64,000 bases of DNA from Ignavibacteriota bacterium (lineage in GTDB: Bacteria > Bacteroidota > Ignavibacteria > UBA10030 > CAVZMI01), in contig CAVZMI010000005.1 in NCBI GenBank assembly GCA_963776275.1, positions 54,176 through 118,175 on the forward strand, read 5' to 3'. The notes beneath the pieces are model-generated. The model was not told where the DNA came from and did no database searches. It saw only the letters and a program-made list of their open reading frames with translations. This document shows positions 30,518 to 41,856 of this stretch, one piece after another; position 1 is the stretch's first letter; every line of letters begins with the position of its first letter. Made by a program: the position numbers and the translations under genes.

Positions 30518-31711
30518 CTAACTCTTCAGGAAGAACTCCATCAGCTCATAGCCGTTGTTGAAGATAATTCCCGTTCGGGCGGCATTTGTCTCGCCGAAGG
30601 GGAGATGTTCATTACCGGTGATTCCTTCTCCCGCCATGGCAAATGGTACCGGTTCACCGGAGTGCCCCCGGGATAGTACCGAGGTCGGATGGTCCGGCAT
30701 CACAAGTATTCGCCAGCCTTTATAATTCTTGAGTTCCTCCATAACCGGTCCGACGATGTGCTTGTCGATTTCTTCCACAGCTTTTTTCTTTATAGCCGCA
30801 TCGCCGGCGTGCCCCGCTTCATCCGGCGCTTCCACGTGTACGAGGACGATATCATATTTCCCGAGCGCCTCTATTGCCGCAAGCCCCTTGGCCCTGTAAT
30901 TTGTGTCGAAATATCCTGTCGCACCTTCTACCTTTATCCATTCAAAGCCTATCAGCTTCGCCAGTCCTTTGACAAGGTCAACCGCTGTTATTGCCGCTCC
31001 CTTCAATCCATATTTCTTTTCGAATGGTTCCATTCTGGATTTTTTGCCCTGGCCCCAGAGCCAGATCGAGCTTACTTCATTCTTTCCAAGATCCCTGCGT
31101 GTTCGGTTGATTTCGTGATTCTTGAAAAGTTCTCGACTTTTAATTATGAGAGTGATAGGAAATTCTGAATTCTTCCCCTGCGGCAGTATGCTAATAATTT
31201 TCTTACCGATCATATCATGCGGTGGCTGCGTGTGGAGTTTCGTATAATCATGACCTTTTTCTATCATCAGATGCCGATATCCGACTCCCGGGTAGAATTT
31301 TATCTGTTCACTGCCGAATGCTTTATTGAGCTCCTCGATGAATATCTTGCCATCTTCGCTTGAGATATGTCCCGCACTGTGGTCGGCCATCTTCTCATCG
31401 GTAATCGTTACCAGATTGCAGCGGAATATCCAGTCGTCTTCCGTGACGTTGATACCCTGTGCGACAGCCTCTATCGGCGCCCTGCCGCTGTAATATTTCA
31501 CCGGATCGTAGCCGAGCACAGCCATCATTGCCACATCGCTGCCAGCCTGAAGGGAAGGGGGGACTGTGTGGCACAAACCCTGTCTGCCATTAATGGCAAT
31601 TGCATCCATGTTCGGTTTCTCTGCGGCTTCAAGCACCGTTTTTCCATCGAACACCGGCAGCGGTTTATCGGCGGCTCCATCAGGTACGACGATGACATAT
31701 TTCCTGCTCAA
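30518..31711 (-). CDS. apgM: cofactor-independent phosphoglycerate mutase family (ApgM; proposed homoserine-kinase subfamily)
   Basis: TTG start after AAGGAG; PDGAAD, GSDVA, GRAPIEA, FRCNLVT, HVEAPDEAGH, PDHPT; directly downstream of thrA. Confidence 0.88.
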   Translation of the reverse strand: MSRKYVIVVPDGAADKPLPVFDGKTVLEAAEKPNMDAIAINGRQGLCHTVPPSLQAGSDVAMMAVLGYDPVKYYSGRAPIEAVAQGINVTEDDWIFRCNLVTITDEKMADHSAGHISSEDGKIFIEELNKAFGSEQIKFYPGVGYRHLMIEKGHDYTKLHTQPPHDMIGKKIISILPQGKNSEFPITLIIKSRELFKNHEINRTRRDLGKNEVSSIWLWGQGKKSRMEPFEKKYGLKGAAITAVDLVKGLAKLIGFEWIKVEGATGYFDTNYRAKGLAAIEALGKYDIVLVHVEAPDEAGHAGDAAIKKKAVEEIDKHIVGPVMEELKNYKGWRILVMPDHPTSVLSRGHSGEPVPFAMAGEGITGNEHLPFGETNAARTGIIFNNGYELMEFFLKS

Positions 31712-31725
31712 TGAATATACTCCTT

Positions 31726-34196
31726 TTACTGGGGTAAATAATGCAATAATTTCAGAAGATCGGAAAAGACTCCCATCGCTGTTACATCCGCACCGGCGCC
31801 GGGCCCTGGACAACCAGTGGTGTTTGCGAGTAGCGGTGGGTGGTGAACGCAATGATGTTATCGCTCCCTTTTGTCGTAGCAAAAAGATGATTGGCCGGAA
31901 TTTCCCTGATGCCTGCAAATGCTGTCCGTCCTTGCAGCACACCGACGTACCGCAGCACCGAACCATGATTGTGTGCTGCCTCGAAAAGGCGTTTCATCGC
32001 ATCATCGTGTCTGGCATATCGTTGGAAGAAATCTTTCGGCAAAGATCCGCCCCGCAACGATTGAGGAACCAGATTTTCGACCTTAACGTGCTTCATATCC
32101 ATCTTCAATCCGATTTGACGGGCGAGAATCAACAGCTTCCGGGCAACATCGCCTCCGGATAAATCCTCGCGCGGGTCCGGCTCGGTGTAGCCAAGCTCAA
32201 GAGCTTCCCGGACGAATGCACTGAACGGGCGTACGCCGTCGTAATGGTTGAAGAGGTGACTCAGCGTTCCGGAAAACATACCTTCAATTTTTACGATCTC
32301 ATCGCCGCTCGCGATCAAATCCTTTAGTGTGGATATGATTGGCAAACCTGCCCCGACGTTTGTTTCATATAGAAAATATTTCTGACGGTTCTTCATCAAT
32401 TCGGTCAGTTGTTTATATCGCTGCCACGGAAGTACATTCGCCCGCTTGTTCGGCGTTATAATGTGCATGTTCAGCCGGACAAAATCTTCATACATATCGA
32501 CAATCTCGGAACTTGCCGTACAATCAACTACAACGGCATTTGTCAGCTGGAGTGATGCAAGCTGCCGCAGTAATTCCGAACGCTCGGTCCGATAGGGCGA
32601 GTTGTTGAAGGCCTCCTTCCATTTCTTCAGATCGATTCCTGTCGAAGAGAGAACAAATCGGTCGATATCTACAATTCCGCATACATGGACATCAAATCCC
32701 TGCGAATGAAGATACGATTGCTGTTGCTGGATCTGCTTCAGAAGAGTGCCGCCGATATTTCCCGGACCGATCAGAATCACTCCAAGCTTTTTCGTCGGTT
32801 CGAAGAAAGCTTCGTGAATAACGTTCAATGCGCGGTATTTCTGCTGTTCATCGATTACAAAAGAAATGTTTCGTTCCGACGCTCCTTGTGCAATTGCGGA
32901 AATATTGATGTTGTTACGTCCCAGGGCCTGGAATACTTTTCCGGAAACGCCGGGAGTGCCCTTCATTCCGTCTCCCACAATAGCGACGATCGTCTGGCCG
33001 GGTTTATCATCGAGTGAAGTCAGTCTGGATTTCAGCTCATAGTGAAACTCTTTTGCAACGGCTTTCTTCGCTGTCGTGACGTCTTTACTGTTAATGGCGA
33101 AACATATTGTGTGTTCCGACGACGCCTGTGATATCAAAATGGTATTCACACCGTGTGATGCAAGTGCACGAAATAACCGTTCTGCAACTCCAGGAACACC
33201 GACCATGCTCATTCCGCGCAATGTGACGAGAGTGCATTCGTCGATAGCTGTAATTCCCTTTGCAACTTTTTCCGATCGATCCACGCGGCGAGAAATGAGG
33301 GTTCCAGCAGCGGATGGATTTAACGAATTCTTTATAATGATTGGAATACGTTTTGCCACAGCGGGGGCAATCGATGATGAATGAAGCACTTTTGCCCCAA
33401 AGTAGGATAGTTCCATCGCTTCTTCGTACGATAGCGACGGCAGAACAGACGCGTTGGAAACTACACGTGGATCGGCACTAAGGATGCCATCGACATCGGT
33501 CCAGATTTCTATCAAAGACACGTCAAGCGCCGCCCCGATAATTACTGCCGAATAATCGGATCCGTTTCTGCCGATCGTGGTTGTGAGGCCGTCTTCGGTC
33601 GAACCGATGAATCCGGTAATGACGGGAATTAACCGTTTCCCGGAACCGGCGAATAGGTGTTGGAAATATGTTTTGATCGCCCGGTTGGTTTTATCGAATA
33701 GAATACCTGCTCGTGTGAATTGATCGTCGGTTTTCACAAACTCACGTGCATCGATATATCGCGCAGCTCGTGATCGCTGTATAAAGGAGGTGATTATTAG
33801 CGTCGACAGGCGTTCTCCGAAACTTGCCGTCAAATCAAGCGTACGCGGAGAACAATGATGAAGCATATAAATCCCCTGAAGCACATCGCGCAGTTCCGTG
33901 AGCATGACCTGGAGTTCTAATGCGATACGTTTTGGCGGAAGAGCGTTATGAAGAACGCTCAATGTTTTTGAATGCCGTTCAGCCAGCTTTTGGTAGATCG
34001 AATGAAATTTCCTGTCGCCTGCTTCTGCCAGGCGGGCGCATTCCAGTAATTGATCTGTCACTCCCCCGAATGCAGACACAACTACAGCGACGCGTTCTTT
34101 CTTTACATTGCTGAGAATAATTGATGCGACATCGCGTATTCGCTCGGGAGTAGCAACCGATGAACCGCCAAACTTCAATACCTTTTTAATAGACAT
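31726..34196 (-). CDS. thrA: bifunctional aspartate kinase/homoserine dehydrogenase; 1-nt deletion near 31802 shifts the last ~25 codons
   Basis: KFGGSSV, GRNGSDYSA, TDVDG, two ACT domains, GPGNIG, YETNVGAGLP, EPDPREDLSG.DVARK. Restoring one base gives GPGAGADVTAMGVFSDLL...PQ*. Confidence 0.93.
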
Positions 34197-34404
34197 TTCT
34201 TTTTCCTATATTCTTCACGGCATGTTCAGAAAAAGCTTTTCCGGCATCAGATACGTCGGGAGCTTCAGGCAGGCAAAGGTATGATACGAAAAGGCTTCTA
34301 AAAAAGCAAGAAAGTGGAGGAACCGGGTCGCAGTAATTAGAATGGCTGATGATATTTCTGTAAAATATCGGGCACAAAATCCCGGGTTAAAAGCACATCG
34401 TATT

Positions 34405-37400
34405 TTATGCGTCTAATACATCGCGTATTTTATTCAGAAGATCATTCATATTGTACGGCTTTTGTACAATTTCTTTTGCCCCATCTCTGAATATTTCCGA
34501 TCTTTCGCCCGGATCGGTGTAACCTGTAGCCATGATGAATTTGATTGCAGGGTTGTGTGCCCTCAACTTCTTAAGAATTTCTCGCCCGCTCAAAATAGGT
34601 AATCCAAGATCAGAGAGTACCAGTGCGATTTTCTGTTGGTTCTGCTTGTATACTTCGATTGCTTCTTCGCCGTTTGAAGCCGTCAGGACAGTATAGCCGT
34701 TTCCTTCAAGGCTGATATGAATCAACTCTCTCAATAACTCCTCATCTTCGACTACCAGGATGGTTTCCGTACCGCCGGGAACACCCTTCTTTACTTCTTT
34801 TTCATGATCGATGCTCTTTGCCGACAGTAATTTTTTTACAGGAAAGTACAGAGAGAATGTTGTGCCTTGTCCGATCTTGCTCTGGACATCGATGAATCCT
34901 TCATGACTTTCTACAATACCGAAGACAACCGCCAGGCCCAACCCTGTGCCTTTTCCAACTTCCTTTGTTGTGAAGAAGGGATCGAAGATACGCTGAATAG
35001 TTGCCTCATCCATACCGACACCCGTGTCATCCACCTTGACGGAAACATATTGTTCGAATGTTGCGTCGATAAACCGGGAACGTAAAGATTCACCGGAAAT
35101 AATTCCGGTTGAAATTGTGAGTGTTCCGGTCCCCGACATCGCATCGCGGGCGTTGACACAGAGATTGAGTAATACCTGATGAAGCTGTGTTGAATCGGCA
35201 GTAATGAGAGGGAGACCATCGGTCAAGCGGCACGATAACGTCATAGTCTTCGGGAATGTTTCGTGGTAGAGTTTTTCGATTTCCTTGACGGAATCATTTA
35301 CTTGAATCGGAGTGAATTCCACGTCGCCCTTGCGAGCAAATGTGAGCATCTGCCGGACCAATGATGCACCGCGCTCCGACGCCTTGTCAATGGCAGCAAT
35401 ACTCGCTTTCAGCCTTTGTGGATCACTATGAGAGATCGATATTATCGATGAATGTCCCATGATGATACCGAGGATATTGTTGAAGTCGTGTGCAATGCCG
35501 CTGGCAAGAGTCCCGAGGCTTTCCAATTTTTGCGCCTGATGCATTTCTTTTTCGAGATTTCGCTGCTCCGTGACATCGCGCTGAATACACAGAAATCCGA
35601 CGATTTTCCCCTGAGAATCTAAAATTGGGTTAGCGGTAATCTCGATATTAAGGAGACGACCGTCTTTCGTCCGATTAATCCATTCTTCCTTTACGATCTG
35701 TCTGTTCAGAAGGGTATGCCAGAAAGCTGTGTACTTTTCACGTTGTTGTACACCTGATTTCAGGATGCGTGGAGTCGCCTTACCGATTACTTCATTCGGT
35801 TCGTGACCGTAGAGTTGAGCGAATGCCGCATTCGCAAATGTTATAATGCCGCTGCGGTCGGTCATGAAAATTACTTCGCTCGATGCTGCAACCGCCTGAT
35901 TTAATCGCATCAAAGATTCTTCGGTACGCTTTTGTTCCGTGATATCTTCGACGATTCCGTCATAGTACAGTGTCTTTCCTTGAGAATCTCGAATTACGTG
36001 TGAATTCTCTCGAATAAAAACCCTGGTCCCATCCCGTTTAACCCAACAGGACTCCAGGCCTTTCACCTCACCCCTGCTTTCTACGCTCTTGAGGAATCGA
36101 GAACGATCATATGAATGATCAAGACCTTCTCTCTGGAGATCTTTGGCTGCAAATTCTTCTAACGACGAATAGCCGAGCATATTGATCAGAGCAGGATTTG
36201 CCAATAGAATTTTACCATCCGGTGTTGTTCTATAGATACCGACGGTACTGTTCTCGTACAGAGATCGGAAGCGTTCCTCACTCTCACGCAATGCCTCCTC
36301 TGCCTGCTTTCGTACCGTGATATCCTGATTTACGCCATAGGTCCTAATCGTGCGGCCCTTATCGTCTTTGATGACAAAGATACGGACGGATATATAGCCG
36401 ATACTTCCATCTGCAAAAATAATTCGATGCTCTATATCCCGCGAGAAATTGGGATCTGTTGTTTCCAGTGCTTTCTGAATCTCGGTACCAACCACGGATA
36501 GATCATCAGGATGAACGAATCGCTGGGCATATTGAGCGGATGACATTGTATATCCACCGACTTGTTCTGCTGTTGTGCGGAAGATATTGTAAAAGTGGTC
36601 GTTAAATAAAAAAAGATCTTTATCGACATCGTATTCCCAGTAACCCATACGGGCAATCTTTGAAGCGGTCGCCAACTGCGTTTCTCTTGTTCGCAATTCA
36701 GTTTCCACGCGTTTTTGTTCGGAGATATTTTGCACAGCGCCATAGATCCCGGCCAATATATTCCTTTTTTCGTCCCAGACAGGATGAGCATACACCCGCA
36801 CCCAGACTACCTTGCCGCTTTTCATAATCGTGCGCAGCTCTGTCACAACCTGTTGATTCGAGCGCAGTTTTTCCATGTCATGATCATCGATTGCGTAGTC
36901 ATCCGGATGAACAATTGCGCGCCAACCGCCAATGGATGCATATTCTTCGAATGTGTACCCGGTCATCGCTTCAAAAGCTCCGGCGACCCATTCGGCGATA
37001 AGTCCGCCATCCGCTTTTACATTTGTCGAGAAAACATAATCGGAGACCACATTCGATATAAGGCGATATCGGGTTTCGCTTTCTTTCAGCTTTTCCTCTG
37101 CTTGTATGCGCTCGGTTATGTCTAGAGCGATTCCGACCATACCGAGGAGTGACCTTTCCTTGTCGCGCAGTGGTATTTTGGAAATAAGTTCCCACCGCTG
37201 TCGGCCATTTGAGTCAACCGAACACTGTTGCCTTCCTAATATTGTTTCCCCATCTCTGATAATCCTTTGATCCTCGGCAAAATATTCTTCTGCAAGCTCC
37301 TTTGGATAAACCTCAAAATCAGTCTTTCCGAGAAGATCGGCCTCGGTCAGCGGCTCTTTACGTCCAAGCGTGACCCCAACACGTTTTAAATGGGCGGTAT

Positions 37401-38773
37401 TGACAACCGTCTTCTTATACTCTTTATCCTTCACAAAAACCGAGTTTGGGAGATGATCGATCAGCGTTTTAAGAAGTACGCGTTCCTGCTCTCGAGATGC
37501 CTCCGCCAGCTTGTGCTCGGTGATGTCTCTGGAGATGCCAAAAGTACCGATGATTTGTCCTTGCGCGTCACGAAGAGGGACCTTGGTTGTTGAGACCCAT
37601 GTCGTTCGGCCATCGGGCCACGTTTCCTTCTCCTCCAGATTTATCAAAGGCTCGCCGGTTTTTATAATTTTCTGTTCGTCCTCGAATGCCGGCCGGGCGT
37701 GATCCTCGGTGAAAAAGTCAAAGTCTGTCTTACCCACGGATTGCGCACGTTCGCTGAGGTTAAATTTTTCAGCCAGCGCCTTACTAATTGTAATAAAGCG
37801 GCTATCGGTATCCTTGAAGTAGATGTTATCAGGAACGTTATCCATGAGTGCCCTCACTAGATTCCGTTCCTTACTCAATGCTTCCTCCGCCTGCTTACGC
37901 TCGGTGATATCGCGGCACAGCGAAAGGATCCTGACGGATTCTCCGCTGCCTACCACTGTCGCGTTGATCTCAATGGGAGTAATTTGTTCACTACGGTTTA
38001 TGTAGTCGATTTCAAGATTTCTGACATAACCCTGCTCAGCACACTTCTTCACTTCGATGGCATTTCGCTCCAGGTCATGTGGGGCGGTCCGATTCAACCA
38101 CGCTTCGGCCGAGGATCTCATCCAGCGTATCGTAGCCCGTGAGCCGGATATATTCTTTATTGGCGTCGATGACTCTGCCTTGGGCATCTAGAATGAGATA
38201 CCCTGTGTCGGTCGTCTCGATCAAGGCCTTGTGTTTTTCTTCGCTATCCCGTAAAGCCTCCTCAGCCCGCTTGTGCTCGGTGAGGTCTCTTATGAAAGCT
38301 GTAACTCCAACAATTTCTTCATTTTGATGTATCGGATTCCAACTGAACTCATAATAAATATCCGGCTCTGGTTGATGTTGTATTTCCGAAAAGGCTTCTC
38401 CCTTTAACGCACGATCCATGCTTTGTTTTGCAAGTATACGTAATTCAGGTATCCGCATACATTCAAGCAGATTCATTCCAATTTTAATGTCAGCATTCCA
38501 TACTCGTTTCATTTCATTACGATGCTTTTCATTAAATGTGGTATAGCAGTAATTTTTGTCCAATGAGAAAATAAAGATATCGCTTGCGCTATTAATCAAA
38601 GCATCTAGCAATGCATACTGAGCTTTCAAAGTTTCCTCCGCCTGCTTGCGCTCGGTGATATCCTGTTCACTGTGCTTACGTTTCTTCAGCAGCGTTTCCA
38701 GCTTCTTCACTTTCGTACGAACAGATTCCAGTTCTTCAATCAGTTCATTCTTCGTTTTCTTATCATTCTTCAT
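34405..38773 (-). CDS. multi-PAS hybrid sensor histidine kinase (PAS x8 approx., HisKA, HATPase, REC); frameshift near 38091
   Basis: ATG 38773 after AGGAG. Removing one C (GAA T[C]GG ACC) joins ORFs 38075-38911 and 34405-38187. AQKLESLGTLASGIAHDFNN, PFFTTKEVGKGTGLGL, ILVVEDE. Confidence 0.88.
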
Positions 38774-38907
38774 TTGTCGTGTTCTCCTACTTGGAGTTTT
38801 GTTCGAGACGCTAGGACCATATCGCAAGAGACGTGGACAAAAATCAGGAGGAATATGTACCCGGTTCGATTTTCTTTGGTCAGATTTTTTCATGGCGGAC
38901 ATCTTTT

Positions 38908-39852
38908 TCAAACTACCCCCGGTTGATATAATGCAATTGCCATTTTTGAGAGATCGTTCACGACTCGGTCTTGATTTCCCCAGTCGCTCCAGGTAACACC
39001 TTCAGCACGAATAACGCGGAGGTGTTTCGCATTCGGTTCAAGTATAGCTTTGGAGAATCCTTCCGACGGTAGTCGTGTGAATTGACCGTCAACTTGAGCA
39101 AGACCATTTGGAGAAGTGATTAACGATTTTATTGTTTCCATGCGGCCGTTTAACTTCGGCATCGATTTCCGGTATAATCCAAGGAGGGTTTTTACCTGTG
39201 CTGCAAAGACCATCGAATTCCAGAGACCTTTTTTCGCATGCAGAGTAACGGCAAGTTCTTCTGGCGGCTTTTCTATAAACCGTATAACAGAATAGAACCG
39301 ATTTCCGCAATAGCGTAAGAACGATGAAGACGATTCAATCCATCCGTAATTTGTATCGGCATCTTTTGAAGGAATGCCAATCAGTACGATCGTCTCCGGG
39401 CAATGATGGACAAAATCCACGGCAATTTCAACAAAATTCATGAAGCGTTGTTCTTCCTTCACAAAGTGATCGGAAGGAAATACCGTTATGAATGCAGAAG
39501 GATCCTGTGCAGCTATTTGTACAACGGGAAGAAGAATACCAACAGCAGTTTCGCGATTGCAGGGTAACACTGTAAGAGATTTTCTATCCCGTTCTGGAAT
39601 CTCCGCATGAATATATTTCAAATGTTGATTGTTCACGACGATGCGCATGCGCTGGAGGGGAACAATGCGTTTCACACGCTCAACGGTATGCCGAAGCATA
39701 GAACGCGTTCCAATGATATTTGCAAATTGCTTCGGACAGTCGATACCTCGCCGGGTTTTAAGATACTCGCGCATCCGGACGCCTTCACCTCCTGCCAGGA
39801 TAATAGCCCAAAGATTTTCGAACCGCTTGCTCATATTGACGACTCGGTACAA
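38908..39852 (-). CDS. mannose-1-phosphate guanylyltransferase-like nucleotidyltransferase
   Basis: IILAGGEGVR..PKQF, NRETA, FPSDH, NYGWI, RFIEKP, WSDWG. Confidence 0.85.
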   Translation of the reverse strand: MYRVVNMSKRFENLWAIILAGGEGVRMREYLKTRRGIDCPKQFANIIGTRSMLRHTVERVKRIVPLQRMRIVVNNQHLKYIHAEIPERDRKSLTVLPCNRETAVGILLPVVQIAAQDPSAFITVFPSDHFVKEEQRFMNFVEIAVDFVHHCPETIVLIGIPSKDADTNYGWIESSSSFLRYCGNRFYSVIRFIEKPPEELAVTLHAKKGLWNSMVFAAQVKTLLGLYRKSMPKLNGRMETIKSLITSPNGLAQVDGQFTRLPSEGFSKAILEPNAKHLRVIRAEGVTWSDWGNQDRVVNDLSKMAIALYQPGVV

Positions 39853-39871
39853 ACAAGTACATTGCGACAGT

Positions 39872-40250
39872 TCAACATACCGGCAATGTAATAATAAACT
39901 TTGATCCTTCTCCTACTTTTAATTCGACGGCGATTGTCCCGTAATGTGCTTCAATGATTTCACGGCAGATCACTAAGCCCAATCCTGTACGGATGTTGGA
40001 TTTTCTGAATTCTACATTTGTAATTCTGCTTTTTTCGAACAGAGTAGGAATCTCCTTATCAGAAATCCCGCAAAATAAAAAATCCGATTGGTCGCGGGTG
40101 ACGGTGTTATGGCCGTTCTTCCATAACCATCCAGAGCAGAAGGATTCACCGGTCATTATGTAGTATCAAGAACTCGATCCAGCGAGTATCTCGCTCTAAT
40201 ATATTATCGGCATTTTCTAGAGTTAGATTACGATATTTAGGGTCAAGGAC
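39872..40250 (-). pseudogene. degenerate histidine-kinase HATPase fragment
   Basis: GISDKEIPTLFEK...TGLGLVICREIIEAHYGTIAVE..GEGSKFIITLP. The upstream N-box region is not intact. Confidence 0.65.
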
Positions 40251-40657
40251 TCGAAAAATGAGAAAAAAGCTCTTCATATTATTTAAGGAGTCAGGAGTAT
40301 CGGGAGGCAGTGGTACTGTAAAAATAAGCTCAATTAAAAAGCAAGAAAATAGCAAAATTATAATGGAAAGGCTTGAAAAACTGAAAAACAATATTAACGT
40401 CCTATATCGAGTCGGTAAACCTTGGGGATTTTCCGATTGACACCTACGATCTGTAGGGAAGCGTCACTGGAGCAGCATGTCTCTGAGTCCTTTTTTTGAT
40501 GGCAAATCCCCGAGAAAATCGTTGAAGTTTCCACGACCGAAACAACTTGCAGGCTCTATAAAGCGCCGAAATACAACACTCCCCTTTCCTATTTGCTATA
40601 AACTTGCGAACCTCCCAACCTTCAACTTTAAACTATGCTCTGGACTATTTCAGTATA

Positions 40658-41851
40658 TTATCGAAGGAGTATAAGTTTTTTCGTCTCCATAAGATTGCCC
40701 GATTCGAGTCGATAGAAATACACGCCGGTCGAAAATCCCGATGCATCCCATACTGTTTGATACGTCCCGGCATCGAATTGTGCTGACACCAGCGTTGTGA
40801 TGAGTGTTCCACACGGATCGAATATCTTCAGCGTAACAAATCCTGGTTGTGGAATCGAAAATCTGAAGGTGGTATTCGGATTAAACGGATTCGGATAATT
40901 CGCACTTAAAACAAATTCATATTTCTGCATCGAGGATGACGCTGTATCTGTGTAGCCGGAATTTCCATCCCAGCCTGCAAGCCGCGCCCATAACCACCAC
41001 GCTGCATATGCTTTACTATTGGCATTGAGCGGCTGGCTGTGAGCAGAAGAGCAGTTATACCAGTCAACGTTTACAGTATGGGAATTCTGCCATATTGTAG
41101 CCCAGTTGGCGTCAAGGTTGTGGTCGCCGTTACTGTCATAATCACAATTATCATTGGCCGAAAGCTGCATGTAATTAATCTGGCCGTCAGGATCATAGCT
41201 CTCAATATCGGCAAAATCAAATAATATTTTATTATTGCCGGTACAGTAATTTCTAATCTGTTGATTGCGAAGATTGACATTCCCCGAAGTCCCCGTCCCG
41301 TTTAAATGACCTGTCATGTAAACAAACTTTATATTAGGATAATCATGTTCCAACCCAGACATAAGGTTCAAATAGAGGTTTATATCTGATTCCGTTCCAT
41401 CCACCTGGCCACACCATGACCAGATAATTACATTGATCTCCGGGTGTGCATTTAAATAAGTCCTTGTTGAGGCTTCCCATGCTGTGCGATTAGGGTTTCC
41501 GAGATCGCTTGCTCCGCTGAAAGGTCCGTCTTTGAGATCCAACGCGCCATTTGTTCCCCCGTTGTTGAAGGCATAGAGATTTTGAGGATATCCTAAGCCG
41601 TTCATGAAAGCTACTAGGCTACTCATTCCATCAATGAGTTGACTGCCATGAGAAGTGTGTCCGTATGCAATGTGAAGAGTGGATTTAGCCTGGGAAATAT
41701 ATTGTAGCGGTATCTCGCTTATCTTTGTACATGTATGGTCGGCTATGATAGGGCCGGCTATTAGAGTGAATGGTAAAAATAACGCTATCGTTAACAGAGT
41801 CATTAGACTCATATCCGTTTTTAGGGTGTCTGGTTTCATGATGCATTCCAT
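40658..41851 (-). CDS. secreted protein (IAYGHTSHGSQ domain, possibly SGNH-like) with T9SS domain
   Basis: Signal peptide; HIAYGHTSHGSQ, WSWCGQ, YMTGH, FDFADIESYDPDG; ANYPNPFNP C-terminal domain. Confidence 0.8.
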   Translation of the reverse strand: MECIMKPDTLKTDMSLMTLLTIALFLPFTLIAGPIIADHTCTKISEIPLQYISQAKSTLHIAYGHTSHGSQLIDGMSSLVAFMNGLGYPQNLYAFNNGGTNGALDLKDGPFSGASDLGNPNRTAWEASTRTYLNAHPEINVIIWSWCGQVDGTESDINLYLNLMSGLEHDYPNIKFVYMTGHLNGTGTSGNVNLRNQQIRNYCTGNNKILFDFADIESYDPDGQINYMQLSANDNCDYDSNGDHNLDANWATIWQNSHTVNVDWYNCSSAHSQPLNANSKAYAAWWLWARLAGWDGNSGYTDTASSSMQKYEFVLSANYPNPFNPNTTFRFSIPQPGFVTLKIFDPCGTLITTLVSAQFDAGTYQTVWDASGFSTGVYFYRLESGNLMETKKLILLR

Positions 41852-41856
41852 TTAAA

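Noticed and set aside
31712-32162. N-terminal extension of apgM to 31966 and antisense ORF 31566-32162
   Set aside because: They overlap thrA; the TTG at 31711 has a proper RBS and matches the family N-terminus.
34200-34400. Riboswitch or attenuator upstream of thrA
   Set aside because: No SAM, lysine or T-box consensus and no Thr/Ile-rich leader peptide recognisable.
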